Positions 12,170 through 20,999 of a stretch of 64,000 nucleotides of DNA are shown in pieces. Where the stretch lies: positions 28,458,001-28,522,000 of the forward strand of contig NW_027361827.1 in assembly GCF_039654945.1 (NCBI RefSeq), in the 5' to 3' direction. The notes beneath the pieces were generated by a model. The model made no database searches and had not been told where the DNA came from. It saw only the letters and a list, made by a program, of their open reading frames with translations. Numbering within the stretch: position 1 is the stretch's first letter; the number at the start of each line of letters is the position of its first letter. Position numbers and translations under genes: made by a program. This DNA is from Dendrobates tinctorius (taxonomy: Eukaryota).

Positions 12170-14172
12170 TACAGGAGTTTTACAAAGCCACAAATCAGAA
12201 GTATTTTTGGCTATCTTCAGATATCCTAGGCATTTAATGTTTCAATGTAGCTTAAAGTAATTAAAACACCTCTTACTTCTACCAGTGAATAGTTTTCAAT
12301 GGTGAACATGGTAGGTCAGTGCAGGACAAAGCTGTTTCAAACAGTGGATCAGCTAAGTCTATTCTCATGTCCTCACTATATGAAAACTCTCTCATTAGTT
12401 AACATAAACAAAATTAGGCTAGAGCAGACGTTAAGAACTGACATTTTGAATCATTTATCTATTGAATCATTGAACAAGCTCTGGATATTTGCGTTAGTTC
12501 CATAATAGGTTTTGGCAAATGAATAACCCTATGGGCTCAGTTATGGGAATAGGAAGAGACTAGTTGAAACCTCCGGCAATCTGACTATGTGAACTAGATA
12601 AGACATTATCTCACTTGATTGGCTGTTACCAAATCAGTGACATAAAACAAGCCCTTGGAGATGAGATGCTTTTCTCCAAATAATAGTTTGCATTAAGGTG
12701 ATTCATGTGTGATACTATTCGTTTTAAGACAATTTTGTTTCTGTGTTCAGTATTGTGAACTAATGAGGGGAAGGATGAATGTATCAGGGGTCCATGGTGA
12801 GTTGTGCTATGCATGTATCATAGCATTATCACATAGCCTGTTCTATTTGCTTGTTCACAAATGTAACCAAATGCAAATATCCCATCCATTATAGTCACAT
12901 TTTTATATAACACAATGCCCGCTCCAGGGTACACATAGCTATTAGGCTCAATAAACCATGTATGTTTTCTCTTGTTTTGCTAAATGACACTTGAGCCCTA
13001 GGGTAAAAAAGGCAGGAACAGTTCCACAAAAATGCACAGTTTATAATGTGGTTTATATTTTTCTATTGATACTAGTATATCAAGACTCAGCACATACATG
13101 CTGCACGCTACACAGGGACTGCTTTTAAAATATTTTAAAAAATGCAAAAATTGTATACGCCTTTTAGACCACCCATAGTAAGGTTTATGAGTGTGTACAT
13201 AATATATCGAATTATAAGAGTGACTAGATAATACAGTATATCATAATATAAGAAATACAATAACTAAGAAATCAAATTTTTTTAAATATAAAAATAATGG
13301 TATATCCAAAAAATGCAAATATTAAGCAATGAACAAGAGACAAAATCAAAGTGCAATGTGAATAATTACTAACAGTGAAAAAGCTAATTTCTGAATTACC
13401 ATGTGGAATTGAGTTTCCCCACCTTTTACTATAAGATCGGTATCATCAGGGTCATATTTTCTATTGACCTGGCAACTGGCTGTAAAGTTTTCTTGCCCTA
13501 ACTAATGAGCCAAAGAAATGAGAGGATAAATGATTGTGCCGTACCAGCCTAAAAATATTCTTCCAACATGTCAGAGTGATGTGTCAGAACAGGTTATTGG
13601 TAGGGTTTATAATCAGGGAGTTAAGACGCTAAATACCTATGAGATGCTCTAAACGTTGGAAGTCTGAAATGTTCAGACATTATACTTCACTACAATGAAG
13701 AGAGAAAGAGAACAAAGAGAAATAGATCAACATTGGGTCAGATTTGTTGGCATATGCAACAGAAATGGACTGTACGCTAGCCTGACAGCATATGGCAATA
13801 GTGTAAAGTTATATGTTTGCTGTATTGTGGGGAGGGAAGTTCTCTATTATTGATGTTAGTTTTACTTTCGTTTTTGACTGTGTTATGCCAGCAGCACGGG
13901 CTGTGTGCTTCTGAATTCATATCTCATGTTTACCCATAAGAAGTAAATGCTGTTTACTCAAGATAACTTGCTCTGTGAAGTTCTCTCCTGTGTACCGGTG
14001 GATTCTCAAAAGATACACTCTGCTACAAGACTCACTAAGCTAAATACTATGCAAATTGCCTCTACAGAAAGAAAGAGGACTTTTACTCTACAGCGCCACC
14101 TATTGGTAGTAGCGATCCTACAAGTCACAATCAACCCTTTAACGAGTCTTGTAGTATGACTTAGGATACAAG

Positions 14173-14252
14173 CCAAATCAGAATCTCAATTTGCAGACAC
14201 GGTGTTTCGAGCTGTTGGCTCTCGTCAGTGCAAAGTATGCGATCTGATTTGG
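14173..14252 (-). ncRNA. Type I hammerhead ribozyme, unit 1 (intact core; predicted cleavage between 14196 and 14195)
   Basis: Minus strand reads UUUGCA-CUGACGA-GAGC-caaca-GCUC-GAAACACcGUGUC^-UGCAAA. Stem I is extended by CCAAAUCAGA...UCUGAUUUGG with an internal loop. Confidence 0.92.
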
Positions 14253-14503
14253 CAAGGTGCGAGGCTCTGGACTAGGGTCTAAGAAGTAAGGTTTCTCCTT
14301 GCAGAGAGTGACATGCCAGCTGTGGCTTGTCAAGGTAAGGAGACTTATTCGCCGTGCAATGCTCCTCTGGGAAAATAATATGCAAATTGCCTCTTCAGAA
14401 AGAAAGAGGACTTTTACTCTACAGCGCCACCTATTGGTAGTAGCGATCCTACAAGTCACAATCAACCCTTTAACGAGTCTTGTAGTATGACTTAGGATAC
14501 AAG

Positions 14504-14583
14504 CCAAATCAGAATCTCAATTTGCAGACACGGTGTTTCGAGCTGTTGGCTCTTGTCAGTGCAAAGTATGAGATCTGATTTGG
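14504..14583 (-). ncRNA. Type I hammerhead ribozyme, unit 2 (core CUGACAA, G8->A variant)
   Basis: Same fold as unit 1, but a plus-strand C->T at 14554 changes CUGACGA to CUGACAA. Confidence 0.85.
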
Positions 14584-14834
14584 CAAGGTGAGAGGCTCTG
14601 GACTAGGGTCTAAGAAGTAAGGTTTCTCCTTGTGGAGAGTGACATGCCAGCTGTGGCTTGTCAAGGTAAGGAGACTTATTCGCCGTGCAATGCTCCTCTG
14701 GGAAAATAATATGCAAATTGCCTCTTCAGAAAGAAAGAGGACTTTTACTCTACAGCGCCACCTATTGGTAGTAGCGATCCTACAAGTCACAATCAACCCT
14801 TTAACGAGTCTTGTAGTATGACTTAGGATACAAG

Positions 14835-14914
14835 CCAAATCAGAATCTCAATTTGCAGACACTGTGTTTCGAGCTGTTGGCTCTCGTCAGTGCAAAGTAT
14901 GAGATCTGATTTGG
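14835..14914 (-). ncRNA. Type I hammerhead ribozyme, unit 3 (intact core)
   Basis: Minus strand reads UUUGCA-CUGACGA-GAGC-caaca-GCUC-GAAACACaGUGUC^-UGCAAA. Confidence 0.92.
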
Positions 14915-15197
14915 CAAGGTGAGAGGCTCTGGACTAGGGTCTAAGAAGTAAGGTTTCTCCTTGTGGAGAGTGACATGCCAGCTGTGGCTTGTCAAGGTAA
15001 GGAGACTTATTCGCCGTGCAATGATCCTCTGGGAAAATAATATGCAAATTGCCTAAATAAGCTAAATACGACAGAATTTTGGCTATATTTGTACCAAAAA
15101 CTATTCTATGTGGCTTGTACGAATTTTTCACTTTTTTGAAAAAAGGACATGGTCTGAGATACTACACTGTGTGCAAAATTTAGCACATATATCTCTT

Positions 15198-15724
15198 AGG
15201 CCTCTTTCACACATCAGTTTTTTGCCTTCAGGCGCGATCCGGCTTTTTTTTGTAAAACCAGATCCGGCAAAATGCAATGCCGGATCCAGTTTTTCCCCAT
15301 TGACTTGCATTAGCGCCGGATCGTGCCGGATGGCATTGCGTTTCATCCGTTTTTTGCCGGATCCGGCAACTTGTCTCATTCCGGCGTCTGGAAAAAACGG
15401 CTACTGTAACGTTTTTTGTCTCCGGCGAAAAAGCCGGAAGTGCCGGATCCGGCGCTTCCAGCTTTTTGCTACAATGAAAGTCTATGGGCGCCGGAATGCG
15501 CCGGATCCAGAAAAAGACGGATCCAGCCACCGGATCCGGTTTTTTAAGTCTGTGCATGCTCAGATCCAATTGGCCAGCCCCCAGGAACAGATATAACCTG
15601 CTAGACGGATCCAGCAAAAAAAGGATCCGTTTCTACAGTTCTCCAAAATTTATGCCGGATCCGTTTTTTCTAAAAATAGCCGGATCCTGCCTGACGGCAA
15701 AAAACTGATGTGTGAAAGTAGCCT
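15198..15724. mobile_element. T2/Kolobok-type MITE rich in CCGGATCC motifs
   Basis: TIRs AGGCCTCTTTCACACATCAGTTTTTTGCC...GGCAAAAAACTGATGTGTGAAAGTAGCCT; the right end runs into TTAA. Confidence 0.85.
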
Positions 15725-15802
15725 TAAGGAAAGTAAGCCTACTAACACTGTAGGTGGTTTAAACCAAATGTATCAAGCAAGGTAGACTGTTTTTAGACTT
15801 TA

Positions 15803-17525
15803 AGGCTATGTGCACACGGTGCGTTTTTAATGCATTTTTGTAGCATTTTTTCCACTAGGAAATGGGCCAAAAATGCTATGGAATCCTTATGCAAGCTAAA
15901 TCAATGGCAATCCTGAAGTGTTGCGCACATGATCATTAATTTTTTTTGAGTATTAGCAGTATGTTTTTTTCTACAACATGTCAATTTTGTGCGTTTCTGC
16001 AGCATTTCCCACATGTTGACTTCAATTGAGTCAGTCAAATCCACAGCAAAAATGCAGGTATAAAAATGTTTGATGAATCTGTCCCTTCCTCAACCCTCAC
16101 TCTACTAAAATGCTTATACATGCCCTCATCATCTTCCATCTTGACTATTGCAACATCCTTTTCTGTGGCCTCCCTGCTAGCACCCTTGCACCTCTCCAGT
16201 CCATCCTTAACTCTGCTGCCCGACTAATTCATTTCTCTCCTCGCTACTCCTCCTCTTCTCCCCTCTGCAAATCTCTTCACTGGCTCCAACTCCCTCAGCA
16301 TATCCAATTCAAATTACTAATACTGACCTACAAGTCCATCTATAACCTGTCTCCTCCATATATCTCTGAATTAATCTCCCGATATCTTCCCTCACATAAT
16401 CTCCGATCCTCCCAAGGCCTCCTTCTCTCCTCCACACTTATTTGCTCCTCACCCAACCGCCTCCAAGACTTCTCCCGAATAGCCCCGATCCTCTGGAATT
16501 CTTTGCCCCAACACATCCGGCTATCAACCACACTCGGATCCTTCAGACGGAACCTGAAAAGCCATCTCTTCAGGAAAGCCTACAGCCTGCAATGATCCCC
16601 GCTGCTCCCTCACCACTACTGGAGCTGCTGCAACTCCCCAACCTATTGTCTCCTTCCCCATCCTGCAGAATGTAAGCCTGAAAGGGCAGGGTCCTCTCTC
16701 CTCTATTTCAGTCTGTGATTGTTAGTTTGTTTACTGTGATATCTGTAATTTGTATGTAACCCCTTCTCATGTACAGCACCATGGAATCAATGGCGCTATA
16801 AAAATAAATATTAATAACGTTTGCGGATTAGCTACAGATTTGATGTGTTTATGTTTGTGTTTTTACCGCCTCCTGATGGTGTTTCCCATGCTGTCATCTG
16901 TGTAACAACGTGGAAAACACCTGCATGGTTGTTCTTATCGGCGGGAAAACCGTCGGTCAGAGCTCTGTGTAGTCATGCTGCCAAATGTCAGAGTGACCCC
17001 GCAGAGCTCCTGTTACCCACAGTGATGTCCCGCGGTGAAACACTTACCGTACGTCAGCAGGCATGGGCTGATGCGACTACTCCTCTCATCAGCCTGCGTC
17101 TGCTGTCACTGATAACAGTGATAGCAGGTGCCACTGATGGGAAATGTAGTCTCATCTGCTGGTGCCTGTGCTCACAGTTAAAATAAAAAATAAGAAAATA
17201 AACACAAGCAAAATAATTACATACATATTCAAATAAAAATAAAAAACACATTATACTCAACGCACAACAAATCCCCAATGCCCTCGTCTCCTATCAATAA
17301 TGTAAAATAAAACAACATATGCTCACAATCCTGATGCTCTCTTCTAGAAAAAAATCAAAAATAATAAAAACCAAATTATACTCACCTGTCCGACATAGTC
17401 CACATAATCCCGAGAGTCCCACTGTGATGTCACGTGTAGAACAGTCACATCTGGAGATGTGACCGCTCTACCTGGCCGCCGGCGGTACACTGACAGGAGG
17501 TTATCGCTCCCGCAATGTATCAGTT
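15803..17525. mobile_element. Older T2-type MITE split by the L2 insertion
   Basis: Left end TTAAGGCTATGTGCACAC. MITE-like sequence resumes after 16818. The right end was not found. Confidence 0.5.
16074..16818 (+). mobile_element. 5'-truncated L2 LINE (ORF2 C-terminus plus 3' UTR)
   Basis: ORF 16110-16595 reads LIHALIIFHLDYCN...LQSILNSAARLI...LHWL...IQFKLLILTYK. The 3' tail has a stem-loop (cagcaccatggaatcaatggcgct) followed by an A/TAA-rich end. Confidence 0.92.
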
Positions 17526-19302
17526 TTTAGACTGACTAGTTTTTGTTTTCGTTTGAACCTTGCATCATGGTGGAATAAACCTTTTTTTCAAATTCTTCAT
17601 CTGGATTGGACGCTGTTCTTACTTTTTGATTGCTGCTATTTTTCAAGTGGTTTCCTTGGATCATGTGTTTATTTTTTGTTTGAACTGTCTAATAATTTGA
17701 TATTTTTAGTAAATCTGCCCCATAGTATTTAGATTTTCACATTGATGATAACTATTTAACCTAAAAGTCATTGCTACTGTAAAAGTATAAAAGCAATATA
17801 ATCTTAAAAAGTAATAATTATTTTAATTGTCTTTCTATAAATCAATAGTATACATACAAATAAGCAACTTTGTATTATATCTTATCAAAGGAATTTATTT
17901 AATTCTCTTACTGGACTGATCTTTCATTTTTAATATTTTCCACTCATGGGTATAATCTCTCTTCAGTGAATACAGATGTTTCCATTTCTGTTGTTACAGC
18001 TTGTCTCTGTGGGTTAAAAAGTGAATAAAGAGCAGCCATTTCCCTCTCTGTGCTGTCTATAGGAGAAATCACTGCAGCTCGTCTCCCCTGTTCCCAGTGG
18101 ATTGCAATTTACAGATAGAGCATGGAGAGGGGAAAACTGGTGAACATGCAGAATATATAAGTTAGATAATGAACAGTAATGGTGTTATTCTTCATGTATA
18201 CCTTATTCTGAATAGTTACTTGTAAGTGCAGTTACCCTTTAAAGATTTCTGAGAATCACATGAGTTATAGTTTAAAATTTTCCACAAGTATATTATTCAA
18301 TATTTCTTAAAAAAAAACAAGAAAAATGCAGAAAAATGTCTATTTAAGAAAAATCACAATGTATGGATTGGACTTACCACTGACCTATTGGCTTACAGCC
18401 AACAACTCGCCAAGGTGTTTTTCCCACAAGTAGAGTTGAGCGAAACGGGTCGGTCAATTTCAAAAGTCGCTGACTTTTGGCAAAGTCGGGTTTCATGAAA
18501 CGAAACCCGACCCTAGGATGAGGTCGGCCACGAGGTCGGCGACTTATGCGCCAAAGTCGCGTTTCAAAAGTTTGTTTTGCGCTCTTTTTCAGCCAATCAG
18601 GATCCACGGACACTGTGGGCAACGTGATGACATAGCCACGGGTCACCACCATCTTTCAGAAGGGCATGCAAGTGATTGGCTTGCTTTGGTGGGCATCACA
18701 GGGGGTATAAAAGGGCGTGCACGCCGACCGCCATCTTACTTCTGCGGATCTTAGCATAGGGAGAGGTTGCTGCTGATTCTGTAGGGAAAGCGTTAGGCAG
18801 GGAAGAAGAAAAAAAAACTGCTTCTGCTGCTAGCGATTGTGCCTGTACAACACACCAGTCACTGTGTGTGCAGTGCAAGGGGAGGCTATATTGTGGTGTA
18901 TCAGTGGTGTTGGTTGTTGGGCTGCCTTTTAAGGCTTCCTGACAGCTGCATTGCTGTTTACCCACTGCTCTGCAAACTGCTTTTTTAAAAGCAATCCCAA
19001 TTTTTTTTTTTTGTCCTGCTGAGGTACTGAGCTGCAAACTGCTTTTTTAAAAGCAATCCCAATTTTTTTTTTGTCCTGCTGAGGTACTGAGCGTGCATTT
19101 TTTCACACCATACAGCGGTGTACGCTCCTCACACAGTACCGTGTAACGGCTGTTATCACAGCCACAGTGAAGCTATCTGTGTCACTCTGTGAGAATAAGT
19201 CGAGGACATGTTCCGTTCTTACAGACCTGCACTCTAGGGAGATTCCTACTCTGCCCAATTCTACATACACCTTGTAGTTTGTGATACACTAGCCAATTTC
19301 TG

Positions 19303-20925
19303 CCTGTGACATAGCGCTGTGATATTGAGTGGGCCTCACACAATCCAAAAGTGTCCAGTGTCCACAAGTGTCTGCAGAAATTCAAAATCTCCCTTATCCT
19401 CTAGTCACTTTGGTCACAGCTGTGCCATCGAGCCTGTGACATAGCGCTCAGATATTCAGTGGGCCTCACACAATCCAAAAGTGTCCAGTGTCCACAAGTG
19501 TCTGCAGAAATTCAAAATCTCACTTATCCTCTAGTCACTTTGGTCACAGCTGTGCCATCGAGCCTGTGACATAGCGCTCAGATATTCAGTGGGCCTCACA
19601 CAATCCAAAAGTGTCCAGTGTCCACTAGTGTGAGCAGAAATTCAAAATCTCACTTATCCTCTAGTCACTTTGGTCACAGCTGTGCCATCGAGCCTGTGAC
19701 ATAGCGCTCAGATATTCAGTGGGCCTCACACAATCCAAAAGTGTCCAGTGTCCACTAGTGTGTGCAGAAATTCAAAATCTCACTTATCCTCTAGTCACTT
19801 TGGTCACAGCTGTGCCATCGAGCCCGTGACATAGCGCTCAGATATTCAGTGGGCCTCACACAATCCAAAAGTGTCCAGTGTCCACAAGTGTCTGCAGAAA
19901 TTCAAAATCTCACTTATCCTCTAGTCACTTTGGTCACAGCTGTGCCATCGAGCCTGTGACATAGCGCTCAGATATTCAGTGGGCCTCACACAATCCAAAA
20001 GTGTCCAGTGTCTGCAGAAATTCAAAATCTCACTTATCCTCTAGTCACTTTGGTCACAGCTGTGCCATCGAGCCTGTGACATAGCGCTCAGATATTCAGT
20101 GGGCCTCACACAATCCAAAAGTGTCCAGTGTCCACAAGTGTCTGCAGAAATTCAAATTCTGACTTATCCTCTAGTCACTTTGGTCACAGCTGTGCCATCG
20201 AGCCTGTGACATAGCGCTCAGATATTCAGTGGGCCTCACACAATCCAAAAGTGTCCAGTGTCCACAAGTGTCTGCAGAAATTCAAAATCTCCCTTATCCT
20301 CTAGTCACTTTGGTCACAGCTGTGCCATCGAGCCTGTGACATAGCGCTCAGATATTCAGTGGGCCTCACACAATCCAAAAGTGTCCAGTGTCCACAAGTG
20401 TCTGCAGAAATTCAAAATCTCACTTATCCTCTAGTCACTTTGGTCACAGCTGTGCCATCGAGCCTGTGACATAGCGCTCAGATATTCAGTGGGCCTCACA
20501 CAATCCAAAAGTGTCCAGTGTCTGCAGAAATTCAAAATCTCACTTATCCTCTAGTCACTTTAATCACAGCTGTGCCATCGAGCCTGTGACATAGCGCTCA
20601 GATATTCAGTGGGCCTCACACAATCCAAAAGTGTCCAGTGTCCACAAGTGTCTGCAGAAATTCAAAATCTCACTTATCCTCTAGTCACTTTGGTCACAGC
20701 TGTGCCATCGAGCCTGTGACATAGCGCTCAGATATTCAGTGGGCCTCACACAATCCAAAAGTGTCCAGTGTCTGCAGAAATTCAAAATCTCACTTATCCT
20801 CTAGTCACTTTGGTCACAGCTGTGCCATCGAGCCTGTGACATAGCGCTCAGATATTCAGTGGGCCTCACACAATCCAAAAGTGTCCAGTGTCCAGTAGTG
20901 TGAGCAGAAATTCAAAATCTCCCCT
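19303..20925. repeat. 130/120-bp tandem array (~12.7 units) upstream of the copy B transposase
   Basis: Unit start CC(T/C)GTGACATAGCGCT at 19303, 19433, 19563, 19693, 19823, 19953, 20073, 20203, 20333, 20463, 20583, 20713 and 20833. The 120-bp variants lack TCCACAAGTG. Confidence 0.97.
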
Positions 20926-20999
20926 GTCCTATAGACACCTTGTACCTTGTTTTACATTACTATATAGTTTGTTGGATTTTGTCTACATTTCTACCAAAA

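Larger units (their letters stand above)
14048..15057 (-). mobile_element. Retrozyme / satellite-2-like element: 3 x 331-bp tandem units, each with a type I hammerhead fold; 12-bp TSD
   Basis: ATGCAAATTGCC recurs at 14049, 14380, 14711 and 15042 (period 331). TSD TAAGCTAAATAC at 14036-14047 and 15058-15069. A hammerhead fold is present in each unit. Confidence 0.9.

Noticed and set aside
13424-13502. Possible minus-strand exon (LGQENFTASCQVNRKYDPDDTDLIVK) between AG and GT
   Set aside because: The donor site is weak, the peptide is not recognised, and no partner exons were found. RNA-seq would be needed.
14178-14838. Repeated 109-aa ORFs in the 331-bp units
   Set aside because: They have no recognisable domain and arise by chance from the repeat. 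The RNA structure explains the unit better.
19303-20925. CRISPR-like appearance of the regular arrays (also 8151-8977 and 14048-15057)
   Set aside because: The units are head-to-tail repeats with no unique spacers, there are no cas genes, and the context is eukaryotic.
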